Assembly (NCBI RefSeq): GCF_030684315.1
Contig: NC_081355.1
Location: 57,645,909-57,709,908, forward strand
From: Stegostoma tigrinum
Taxonomy: Eukaryota
Direction of reading: 5' to 3'
DNA: 64,000 nt
Below are positions 13,145 through 25,351 of the stretch, one piece after another; the stretch's first letter is position 1, and each line of letters starts with the position of its first letter. The notes beneath the pieces are model-generated. The model ran no database searches. It was given only the letters and a program-made list of their open reading frames with translations, and was not told the DNA's origin. Position numbers and translations under genes: made by a program.

Positions 13145-16100
13145 AACTTAAACCGTGTTTCTTTGAAAAATCCAGGAAACGTCCTGAAATTGGAACAGAG
13201 ACGAAATCGATTATTCAGAGACTAAAGTTGGAAGAAATCTTTAGGTCACTGTTATTGAGCAAGTGGAACATATCAAAGCAATAAATCGCTCTCACAGCTC
13301 AAAGAGGCTTGAGGCTAAAATATCCAAAGTTGATCAGTATTCTTGTTATAGTGACTGATATACCAATACAAATTTTAAATGTGCAAAGTTCAACCTTGAA
13401 ATGTTCCAGCGCTCAACTACAATGGAAATGTGTATTAGAAGAAGAGGAGAATCCGAAAAGAAAGGGCTATCAGACTTGGCGCTAAGCAACAACTTCTCTT
13501 GAATCAAGCCATTAATTACGAACTGGGCCGGAATTTATCCTGTTTGCAAAATAGACAGAGATGCAAAGAAACATTCCAGCTTACCTGAGAATTCAGAAAA
13601 ATCCAAACCATCGTCAAAGGATAGATAAAGTCGGCTGTAATGTGCTTTGCAAGAGGGAAGTTTCAACGCATATTGAAGAGTTTACATTTTCCAGGCTGTC
13701 CGTCTGTTTTGACTTTATTGCACTCTGTTTACTCTGGACGGCTTCTCTTTCTGCAAAACCTTTTCAAATTAGATCATCAGAAGGAAATTTCACTCCGTCG
13801 TACTGATTCGGCGCCCTGCAAGTACAAACTGTTTGGCTTATACGTTTCTGCAGACGTCTGGGGTGCCGGGTTTTGGTGAGATCTATGCATTAAAGCGAGA
13901 GAGAGGAAAGGAGCCCCGCAAACAAGCTGGGCCGAATCGAGGGGGAAGAAAACCCTTATGGAATCCGTTCACGTGACTTAAAATAATTGTTAGCAGAATC
14001 TGGATCAAATCTGGTTATTACGTACATACAATAAAGTTTCTGTGGTTCATTGTTAGGTTAGTATGCTTGCAAACTGGCAGTACATTATGCGGAGTTGATT
14101 TAGGAAACAGCTGCTCTAGTCTTGAGGAGAACTAAGTCCCATTACATTATGAAGGTAAGGTTGAAGCCGAGCAGCATGGCAGGGCAAATGGGATTTGCAC
14201 GTTATGCACGAACCACTGCCACACGATTCATTTTACTCTTCATTTTCTTTAAGAATCATTTCGATAAGTGTACGTTATACACTTAAAACTATGGATAAAC
14301 AAATAACATTTTCCCCACTGTTTAAACACGGCTAGATATTATTTATTTATTCCTTAATATAAATACACTGTCTAGCTGAAAACATTCGACCCTGAAACTG
14401 GGAAATAAAAAAAGAAGCAGGACCTGATGCGAGATTTAGGCCGACGCTGATCGTGCTGGAGCATGAGAAAACATTCCAACAGAAGATTGATCGCAGTAAA
14501 ACAATTGTTTTATTTTAATCTATATTGTGTAAACTTCATTCAAAAACTATCTGAAAAGCAAACCAGTCTCGCATCAATGAAGTCCCGTTATTTCCATTTT
14601 AAGAGTGGCCTTGTAAGCAACTCATTTTTGTATGCGGGTGCAATTGACAAACCCATCACAACAAAGCATTAAGGTTGGGTAATTTATTGCACCCCGCAAT
14701 AAAACATCTCTAGTTATCAAACACCCCTTTAAATTAAGCAGAAGGATTGAAAATTGTTACTAATCTGGGATTTGACAAAGACTGCCAACACTACTTAAAG
14801 CCGACAAAATGTTACCTTTAACCGAAATATTGTTCGATATTCTGTTATGGGGTATTGGAAAATTAAAATTATTTTGACGTTTTACTCGACATTCCCACCT
14901 TTGTCTATTCTTACTTGAGAACGTATTTACTTTATAAAAGGCTTAAGATGTGCTTTTCATTTCGGCGTGTTTTCTCGTACTTGTACAGAACGTGTATTTG
15001 AACTGGATTTCAGATGTGTAAATCATAACAAAAGAATTGTTTATTTCTGAACAATTGTTTTTCGTTTTTCGTTAAAATTGCAAATCACATCGGAAAGTCT
15101 TTGCGTTCAGATATGTACACCAAACACAAAGGTGGAACAAACGGAACAGGGAGAATTGTTCTTAGTTGCATTTTTCTTGCCAGTCTCCTAATAATAAAAC
15201 AAAGAAATCTGACATATTTTACTTTCACCTCTAACCGAGAGGGTTCAAACCTTTTCAACATATTTTGTTGTTTACAGCTGTACATTCTGGCGTTAAGTTC
15301 ATATGTGAACGTAAATGGGATAGAGTTGGATACTAGCATTATAAGTACAGACTTTAAGAAAGAGTGCATTGAGGTGTCATTGAAAATTGAATGGTTGCTT
15401 GTAGAAAACATACCAGCCTTCAAATGTGGTTACAAGCGCTTTTATTTAGGCAGTCTGTATGACAACAAACTAACATACCCTATACAATTACAGTAAATGT
15501 TTAATGATTCTCTCCCCAGTTGATTTTAGGTTTCATATCCCTGCAGAGTTCAAAATGAAAGATATATTATTTCATAATATCACAGGGAAAGTTGTCTTTC
15601 CTTTACATACGATAATATAACACTGTTTTAACTAAATCATCTTTATGTTTCTAGCTGAAGTGATTTCTTTGAGGTTGTGGTGAACCCCAAACAAAGGAAT
15701 TCCCCTCGCCTTTTGTTTCTTTAAATAACCACCGACCTGCTACTCTTCAATGACTCCATGACTACCTTTTGCAGCTGGGTGAGACATTTCAACGTAGAAG
15801 GATTCAGCTCTGCCGAGTGCACAGAACCTCTCATCTTATAACAAAGTTGAAAAAAACAAATTACGTTTTCATATGGTAGACACCAATTCCAATGAACTGC
15901 AGCGCCAAACCACCTGTTACACTAAAATAAAACGCCTCCACCTGAAATCAAACATTCAATTTCAGCACAGCAATCAAAACAATATGTTTTACCTTTTAAA
16001 TTGGGATTCTTAGATCACCTCAATGCCCAATTAGACTATCCAGGAACGCGTCTTGATTCTGGACAGAGACAAAAATAGACCTAAAAGGAGCACATTTATT

Positions 16101-18673
16101 GTCGTTTTAAAAAAAACCCATTGCGTATCTGTTGCCGAATAGTAACTTATAATGTATGTGTATTGCTCTTGTTTTAGGAGGTGGGTCCAATTACAGACGT
16201 GCTTTATTGGAATGCCAGCCCGGAAGCTGAAGACATTGTATCAGCCGCTGTGCTATTGCAATTATCTTGTTTTGATTGATCATAGCCAATAGTAAGAATA
16301 ATAAAATGTACTTGACTGGAGTGATGAGACATTTAATTAAGCGCTATGTACTTTTACTAATGATCTTTTATTGTAAATATTAGGAGTGGTACTCAATTAT
16401 GACTGCAAACAATGTACGCTCCTGCATCTAATTTGGTCAGGTATCAACGACAAATGCACCTATTAAATAGCGGCAAGATCTTTAGGAAGATCAAATGTAT
16501 CCTTTCACGAGGGTAAACTCTATCCAACTGAGTATAGGCAATGCAATGGAAATGAAGGAATTCAAGATTTTGACAATAAGCGGAATCATTACCATGTCCT
16601 AAAACACACACACACAAAAAGACAGGTGTTTCTCTACACTATTTGGTCGGATATGTTTTGTTCGGCTCAGGATTGCATATTTTTCCATCTACCAGAAAAA
16701 TTGTACATAGCTAGAATAAGTGTTTCACTTTGCTCGGAATTACATATGTTAGTGCATTTGCTGGAGCAACATAACTCTGCCACTTATTGTAAATCGCTCA
16801 AATTAATGAATCATAGAGGAATTTAACTTATGCCTCTTCATTTCCAAATGCTGGTGTCTACTACAGTTGCCTCTCAGCCCTGCGCATGTAAGAGATGGTG
16901 ATTTATTAACGACAGGAAAATTGAACAAAGCAGCACAGCTACACCGTGGTATCCAGGCATACATACTGTGAACTAGAACATCATCATATGTGTTTGTATT
17001 TGTTGCAATTAATCATGAAAAAATCTAAAATATTACTGACACGCGAGAGACTGACTAAACACCATCACAGACATGCCGTGATTTAAATCTGAATACTAAA
17101 GGGCGCTATTCATCATATTTATGACAGTATTAAGAAATAAAAAAAACTCTAAAAACATATAGAGAATAAAACACATCTTAAAGACACTACTCACCGCAAT
17201 TCGCGTCTGATTTGCGCCTTACCCTTTTCTAAGACAGGTCTTCCAAATATAGACTTATTTTTAAGGAAAGTTCATTTTCACATCAGACTGAAACAGATCT
17301 AGTGCGAATACTGACGACTACATATCTATTCCGGACCGGCTGCATTAATTATTTAATGAGTCACGTGACTGGGGAGATTAAAATTTCAATACATACACAG
17401 AGGAGACGCGTGACCCTTTATCTTGGAGAGTGGAGTTTTTTTTCTCTTTGCTTTACTTCTTAGTTGTATCCTTTTGCTTTGGCTTTCTTTTAGTCTTTGG
17501 AAGTTTGCTGGTAAGTGATAATACAAAAATGACTGGCCTGTGCTGATCCCATGTTTGACAGGTCTGCCATTGTGTAGCCTATAGCTCGAGCTGCTTCAGT
17601 CCAATATTCTTGGGCACTTCTTCAAACTGTCTTTATTGTCTGCCTGTCATTTTGATATTGAACTCGCTGTTACAGTACTCTGCATATATAAGTCACATGT
17701 AAGACCAACTCTTTCATGTGTCCCTTTACATCCCCTAGAGGCTTCTAAATATGACACTAAACCGACTCTTACTAGCCATAGTCGATACTTTATTATACCA
17801 ATCAAATGTGTATTAGTTTTTGCATTGTGTCTGGTATTTGAGACCCTATGATTAACATACTGCATATGCAACGAACATCATGTTCTACAGTTGATTAAAA
17901 ACAGACCATTGAATGCTACGTTTAGTGTCAATCTCGCTTATTATTTTAGATGTGCTTTAAACCCAAACTATCAAGTTTGACTTTGCTGAAATCATACATT
18001 TTATATGCGTGTGCCTAGGTCCAGTCAACAAAAAAGAAATGTTGCATTTTTGTTTATTAAAGCAATTACATATTAATTTCCAAAATGCCGGCCACAGAGA
18101 GCTACACACAAACACATATGGTTCCTCGAAAGCAATCTCATACTTGATACCAAACAAACTCGTTACTCCTCTGTTCAATAATCATAACAATAGACCCTTC
18201 TTAATGGATGCATTATCTCACTGTAACAAGGGAAGAATTTGAACCATTCTTTTAAATCATGCCAACAATGAACTACAAAACATTATTAACTAAACGACCA
18301 AAAACAAGCATTGTTTCTTAGTAAACATAAGAATTGTTTTTAAACAGAATTTTGCAGGTTACATATAAGTTATCAGCAAATACTCTTTTACACAGGCAAT
18401 TGCCACAGAATAAAATGCACTATATAAATTAGTTATAGGTACACAGACACTGTATAAAAAAATTTCTCTCATTATCGCCATGAACTTAAATATGAGTTTC
18501 CAGGATATGTCATTTGGATATCTTTGTACTTTTTTAAAAAAAACAAGATACATTTTAACCACTATCTGCGGGCGTAGGAAATGGTGGAAAGAGCGCTGTC
18601 CATCTTTTTTTAAAGGTCAAGGGTTTGAGGGGTCAGTCTGCACCGCTAAAAGCGGCTAATCGGTCAGAAAATC

Positions 18674-18690
18674 TGTCCTCTCTGTGAACT
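18674..18690 (-). promoter_or_regulatory. DR5 RARE 3' of HoxA4 (PG4 neural-enhancer type)
   Basis: AGTTCA-CAGAG-AGGACA on the minus strand, about 2.6 kb downstream of the HoxA4 stop. Same half-site pair as the conserved PG4 3' RARE (recall). Confidence 0.75.
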
Positions 18691-21301
18691 CACTCTCGTT
18701 GCCCTGCCGTTGACAAACAATGCAACTTTTTATTACAAAAGACCGTTCGATTTACAATAAACTACAAACATCAAAGAGAAAGGAAGTAAAGATGCAAAAG
18801 AGTTTTCATTTGCTGAAAGCAGCTAAACTTTGGCCATATAAAGGATAAGTTTTAATAAACTTGCCCTTTCCAAAACAGGTTTGACGGAAATGGTTGTCCT
18901 TTACTTATGATAACGTACATATAATTTTAATAACATTTGTCTAGCAAGAGACTCGAGGACTGTTCCAACTGGGAAAAAAATGGTCCTCGTCGAGATGGCC
19001 ACAATTTATTCAGGAGAATCCAACGTGTCCACACACTTTTCCAAAAGAACGCCCTTCAGACTTGCTGTTGAAGTATACAAAGAAGTATTTATTGAATGAG
19101 GTGATTAATGATTCTGAGCAAAATCTGGTATTTTCAATCTGTTTAAAATTCCTTTTACAGATAAGCAAGCACGACTGCCTAATGGGGGTGAAGTTTCTCA
19201 TCGTGCAATTCTTTGTCTTTTCATATACTTTTGCAGTCCTCTTAAACCACGATGCAAAATATATTCAAACCGTCTACGCCTGATATTATGAGCAGTTTTT
19301 CTGTCATTGTAAAAGCGCAACAATTCTGGGCAGCAAAATGTATTTTTCCTTCGAAAGGAGATGTAGAAACTGAGTTCGTATAGTCCTTATTGATAGTTTT
19401 GACAAAATGTTTTTGCGAAAATATCTTGGGTTATTACAGCGCACTTCAGTTTTAGACAAGTCATAGGAGGAAATACAGGCAATATGTATATTTTCCCTGC
19501 CGCGAGAGTGGTGCGTTCTGTTCTATTATATTGTTTTCACTAACAAAGCAGCACATTTCTAAGAGGAAAAAGCTAGCAATTAACGAACTTTCTGCTGTGC
19601 ACATTAAATGTTGCTGGGACATACAGATGAATCAAAATCAGTAAGATATTTCTGAAGAAATCCATTGTTTCTTCAAGATAAAACCGCCAATATGCTGTTC
19701 CTTTTCCCTAGTCAGTCTGATGCTTCTGTTGCCTTTTAGCAATCAATAACATAGGTCATAATAGAATTATCATCCTTCATGGTGTTTGTAGTCACGAGTT
19801 ACAATTTTATGTTCTGTGCAGTAACTCTTGCTTAATTATTCAACGTCCTTCCCCTAAGATTAACAAAATGAAGTCGAAGTATATATTGGATATTTAATCC
19901 TGCAGTTTATAGTTTATGAGTCATTATTAAATGTAAGAAGACAAACAATGATTGCACCTTATATTTAAAATGCAGTTACCACATTCCATTATGTAATGCA
20001 TGAGAAAGCACAACTAAATGCAAAGTGGAATTAAAAATAATCCCACGTAATTATACTTTATTTCGGGATCAGAAATGTACAATCTATGGCTATAACAAAG
20101 CTGGGTTTGCCACCTTATCGATGAGTTATTATTTGATAGCCTCACATTTTACTGCATTATTTACGACTGGGTGACGTAGAACTTGATGTGGAAAGGCTGT
20201 AGAAAGACGAATTGTAGATCCATGCAGTAATTTATCCTCTTTCGCCCACTTATTCTACAGAACCACATGAAATATTTTGCTGCTTGTGTATGTGAAGGGG
20301 GAGGGAGTGGGGGCAGCGGGAAAGGTTGTTGAGGGACCTTGGAGGAGGAGTTAGAAGGTTTTATTTTGAAAATAGGAATGTGAACAACAATGTACTGAAA
20401 GCAAATCAGTTAAACGCATAGCCCCGTTACGGATTCGAGAAAACAATTCGCTGAGCGTTCGCAAAATCCTGACTGGAAGTAATTTGTACACATAAAAACT
20501 GAGCTGGTCCACGAATTAACATTTTATTTAAAGCCTGTGGCTTCATTTTACACTGCAATTTTTGTCTTTCGTTTTAGCAACATTTGGCACTGCACATAGC
20601 ACACTGAAATATCCACAAAAAATAATCAAATCTTACCAATGATTTGTATGATTTCGTCACAGTTTGGACTGTACCAAAATTGTTAAATATACAACCACTC
20701 ATTTGAAATCTCTGTATAAGATCCTTGCACATTCGTTATACTGAAATCAGTAACACGACTATATAGAGAATACAGGTTTAAAATAAGACACCTTAAATAG
20801 CGCTGGCGACATAATTTATTTCCTATATATGTAGCATCTGGACAGTTTATTTGCTCTAAAACCATGTTCCACATACACATATATTGCTGCCTTTCTCATT
20901 TTCTAAAACAGACTTATTCTTAAATTCTCACAAATATTCCAACAGACTACACTAGTTGTGATTATGACGCTTACAGTTCCTTACAATATCTATTATTCAC
21001 TGTCCTTTTTTCTCCTTTTGCTTTGAATTATCAGGGAAGAAGCCACTTTGATAGAACGTTATCTCGGTTCATGTGGAGGTAATGAAGGGTGCCGAATGTA
21101 TCCTAGCAAACAGAAAACACTCTGAAAGTCTGCAGGGAGTGAGTTAATAGAACAGTAATGTTTGTCCCTTTTGGGGTTAACAGCACCTACCCTGGAAAAA
21201 AACTTCGCTGCAAGAAATCCCACCTCATTCAAGTCAGTAATGTGGCAAACACATTTTGGTCCAAACTATATTGTGGGAAAAGGGTTGGAGAGACGAAGCA
21301 G

Positions 21302-21627
21302 CTATAGACTTGATGAATTTGGTGTTGAACCATCTGGCTGTGGGCCCTGGGAGGATACTTGTGTTTGCTGGCTTGTAGAAGATGATGAGCTAGCAGAACG
21401 CATCTTAGTGTTAGGCAGTTTGTGATCTTTCTTCCATTTCATTCTTCTGTTCTGAAACCAGATCTTCACCTGGCGTTCAGACAGGCAAAGTGTGTGTGCA
21501 ATCTCAATGCGTCGACGCCTGGTTAGGTAACGGTTAAAATGGAACTCCTTCTCCAGCTCTAATACTTGTTGTCTCGTGTAAGCAGTTCGAGACCGTTTGG
21601 GCTCTCCTCCAGTGTAACTTGGGTTCA
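21302..21627 (-). CDS. hoxa4: HoxA4 coding exon 2 (homeodomain)
   Basis: [71 protein letters not shown] is the PG4 signature. Acceptor ttttgttcAG at 21629-21628. Confidence 0.96.
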
Positions 21628-21842
21628 CTGAACAAAACAAAAAGTATCCAAACATAAATACAGACACAGTCACGAACTGAAAATGGGATTAGGTGCACAT
21701 GAATGAAGGTCCTAAAAGACAAGACTTTTTCTAAAGTGTTCTGACAAAGGCGTACAATCTACTGCAATAAAATGGCTCTGGGCATTTAGGTTAGAAAAGC
21801 ATCAAAGGCACATGGCCAGGAGCAAGATCCAGGGCAATGAAA

Positions 21843-21890
21843 TTTATGGGCGCTGTAATTACCGACCTAACTGTTAGGTGATCGTAAATC
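21843..21890. promoter_or_regulatory. HB1-type homeodomain/Cdx binding cluster in the HoxA4 intron
   Basis: TTTATGGGCGCTGTAATTA (21843-21861) plus ATCGTAAATC, resembling the conserved PG4 intron HB1 element. Confidence 0.7.
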
Positions 21891-21974
21891 TCATGAAAGG
21901 GCTAGTTACAGAAAGGGTTCCGCACATCCGACTTCAATTGAATTTTAATTGTTTCAGTTAGCTTTATTACTTAC

Positions 21975-22392
21975 CGGTTGTAACGTGAATTTTCTTCATC
22001 CACGGGTAAACTATGGGCTCTTTGCTGAGAGTACCTTTCTGGGCACTGGGATTTTTCGCATTCTGGCTACACAAAGCTGGTGTGGCTACTGGGACCACTT
22101 CACAAAGCTGATTCTGTCTCGGTATGTGATTTTGGAGGCTAGCCTGCGACTGCACATGACCCCTTTGCGACATGTCTTGGTTGCCAGTGCCTTGGACATT
22201 GTTGAAGCTGTAGGTCGGCTCTGGGTAGTTTGATTGTGGGTATAGTGCCTCATGATGGAATCCAGGGTCCCGCGGCCGCTCGTAGTATTCAGGAGATTGG
22301 CTTGGTATGTAGTTATTTTGAGAATATTCCTCACAAGGTGGAAATTTTGGCTCAACGTAGTTGGAGTTTATCAAAAACGAACTCATGGTCAT
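21975..22392 (-). CDS. hoxa4: HoxA4 coding exon 1
   Basis: MTMSSFLINSNYVEPKFPPCEEY start; hexapeptide VYPWMKKIHV; donor G|GTAAGT at 21974. About 247 aa when spliced. Confidence 0.96.
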
Positions 22393-22560
22393 TAATTTCT
22401 GAAGTGCAAAATACTAATTTTTCTCGCGTTGTCGTTTTTCTGTTCCATAAAACCCTCCTACTTGCTGTCAAGTGTATAAAGTTAGCTGTTCATGTGATGC
22501 AAACAGCCAATAGGATGAGTGCTCGTGGGTCCCGGATAAGGAAATACACCAATGATGAAT
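22393..22560 (-). promoter_or_regulatory. HoxA4 5'UTR and proximal promoter
   Basis: PG4-type leader (GAAAAACGACAACGCGAGAAAAATTAGTATTTTGCACTTCAGAAATTAATG). E-box CATGTG at 22491-22496, CCAAT at 22507-22511, and a Meis-like TGACAG. Confidence 0.7.
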
Positions 22561-25334
22561 GCATGGAGTCCAGTCAAAAAATCCATATTATCATTCAAAA
22601 TCTCGTTTTCCCCTGAAATGATTTTGTCGCATAAAAAGGGGGAAATTGGAAAAACCAGGAAAACGCTCAGTTTAAAATCATCCAAAATAGATTATGGTGT
22701 TACGATGTTTTATCGAATGCAAATTTTGCAAATACATGTTGACGCAGAAACCATTAGAAGACGGTGTTCAATAGAGATCCGCTACTGTCTGGAATAGTTT
22801 ACTCTTTTCGAAGAAGGCTTCTGCACCAAACAACATGTTTCAGTACATTCTCGGGGATAAACGAAGACAGTTGAGACAATAATTACCAGAGTTCATTGCA
22901 CAAGCTTGTTCTTTTTAGTGCAAGGATGATGTCAAAGGCATTCTAAGGTTCATCGCTTGCAAGAATTTTTGAAAATATTTGGTTTATTTCAATGAAACAC
23001 GAATATTTTAAAGTGTTCGATAAAAGCGAATATCTTTCTGCAGAGGCTAGTATGAACTCAAAGTATATGCCGAAGTGATAAATTACTAAGGCGGCAGTAG
23101 AGGATTTTCTCCCTTTACTGCAGATGTATATATTGCATGAACGTTATGTAATCAGTTGAGATTCTTAGCCTAATAAATCTTAATTAAAATACACTATCAT
23201 AATTGTTCGATTGTAAAACGGCTTATTTAATGAAATATTCTCCTGTTAGTTTTTCAGACGCTTTAAAATTGATTTGCATAAAATAACGAACATTGTGATA
23301 GCTAAGACACCAAATTAAGCAGAAATTAATCGCATCATCTTTGAAAAATACAGAAATCACAACTATTCGGTAATACGATTTATTTGAATGCAAACTCTAT
23401 TCTAAGAATTCTAGCAACCTCTGCTTTCTATTGTGCATTTGAATTTGATAGCAAGACTGTACCTTTTAATCCCTCTGTATAAATAAATGTTAAATACATC
23501 AGTTAGATTTCAGGTGCTGCTGTTATACTCACACATTTAGTCTGTTTCTAGTACAGCATGTTATATGATTAACTGAAACCCGCTTTAAAAGCACTAAAAC
23601 TCCCAACAAGAATTGATAAAGCCTTCAAACGCTCATTCAATTTACCAAGAAGCATAACTAACCTGTCGTTAAAAATGTAACTAATTAGCTTGCCAGATTT
23701 GTTAAAGTGAATAAAGTTTTATAACATTTTTAAGATAGAATTAAGATCCAACTCAACGGTACGCGGTATCAAATTGACCAAGTAGCAAAATGACGATTTA
23801 GGTGCACTGCACGTTACTTTTTTTCAAAAAGTAGCCATAAGCATTATGCCTTCATACCCGAAAAGTAATCGATTCACAACATGAGTTCTTGCCAATCAAG
23901 AATGCATCTTAACACCCTGTTACAATGTTTAGAAGATATTCTGCATCCGGACACAGAATCTAACAATTAGTTATAATGAACCATCCCCAGCCATTACAAT
24001 ACATCGTTGTAGGTACACATAATAACCTAACCAGTTTTGCTGCTGAGTATAATCGTCCACTCGAATACTTTCAACTGAGCATCCAGCACAAAATTAATTG
24101 ACTTCCAGTGCAATTAACAGATGTTCATGTCCACTACTCGCTATACGAAAGGGCTTTGCAGGAAAATCTACATGGGATTAGTCTTAATGTTTTATCTTAT
24201 TCTCCAAGACCATCTTGTGTCACTGTTTACACTTACATAATACAGTTTAAATTGTTACGTAAGTTTTATATGCAGACGAATCCGACTGATTATGCTAAAA
24301 ACTTTATTTTTGCGAAAAAAACCTCATAAAATTTAAATTTCTAAAATTTGCTGTTTTCTTCTCTTTGACAGGCAATGGTTTTTTCTTCTGACCACGTTTT
24401 CTTCTAACCACGTAACTTGGCTGTAAATAACGCTGATGAATAATTATCTGGACCAATGTATGTATTGAAACGTGTTTCGAAAAGAAGGGAAAATTAAGGT
24501 TCTTTTATCATAAACATAAGGCTTTACTTGAGACCAGCGAATGTTGTTCATTCGTCTCTGTAGTCCTTTTTTTCATAATAAACAACGATGGAGCCAGGAC
24601 CCCCAAGTGTTACTTCGCCCGTGTACATTTGACATTTTTACGACTAGAGTCGATTTACAGCCATTTTAAAGCGAAAAGCAATGCGAACGCATCGTACATT
24701 TCCAAAACGTGTATATTTAAGAGCTTATACAAAATTTATACTTCAGAAAGTGTCGAAATTCGGAAATCGGTTTTACATTTAAAAAAATAGCCAAGTTATG
24801 AAGCATGGAGTGAAGATTTGTTTGGCGGTTTAATAAATCAGAAATTAGACTTTACCAGTTTAAATTCTCCTCCGAACAGCAAGCCAGTAGCTTAGATGAT
24901 AAGGAGTGTCATAATTTCTTCATTTACCGACTGAATCCATCAACACGGCTGAGATAGATTGTACCATGATGAAAATGTGATTGCTTTCCCACTCTATCTG
25001 AGGCATATGGTTAAAACAGCCGGTGTCCAACTCACAAACAAAATAAAACAAATAAAATGGCACATTTCGAAGATACATCTTCGAGCAGACTTGCACCACA
25101 TCCCACAGAGCTGCACAACTGTGCGTTTATTGGACTTCAACACGGGAAACAAAACAAAAGATTTTATTCAATGAAATGAGATTTCGTAAGGGATACGCTA
25201 AGCTAAGTTTGGAAGTGACCGAAAAGTGACACCGTGTGCATTTTATTTCTTATTAATCTTATACATTGACAGTCTTTGTTAAGTAACAAGGCGTGCCATT
25301 CGTGAGGCGACATTTTCATATTTGTTAGACGCGG

Positions 25335-25351
25335 TGACCTGAATTTCACCT
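25335..25351 (-). promoter_or_regulatory. DR5 RARE about 2.9 kb upstream of HoxA4
   Basis: AGGTGA-AATTC-AGGTCA on the minus strand. Sequence and distance match the mammalian Hoxa4 upstream RARE (recall). Flanked by YY1-like GCCATT/GACATTTT motifs. Confidence 0.85.

Noticed and set aside
15085-15496. Two overlapping ORFs of 112 and 131 aa in the A3-A4 interval
   Set aside because: Non-ATG starts, composition typical of AT-rich intergenic DNA, and no motif. Their length is compatible with chance in 64 kb.
24381-24412. 16-bp tandem duplication TTTTCTTCT(G/A)ACCACG
   Set aside because: Real but looks like ordinary replication slippage, with no associated motif.
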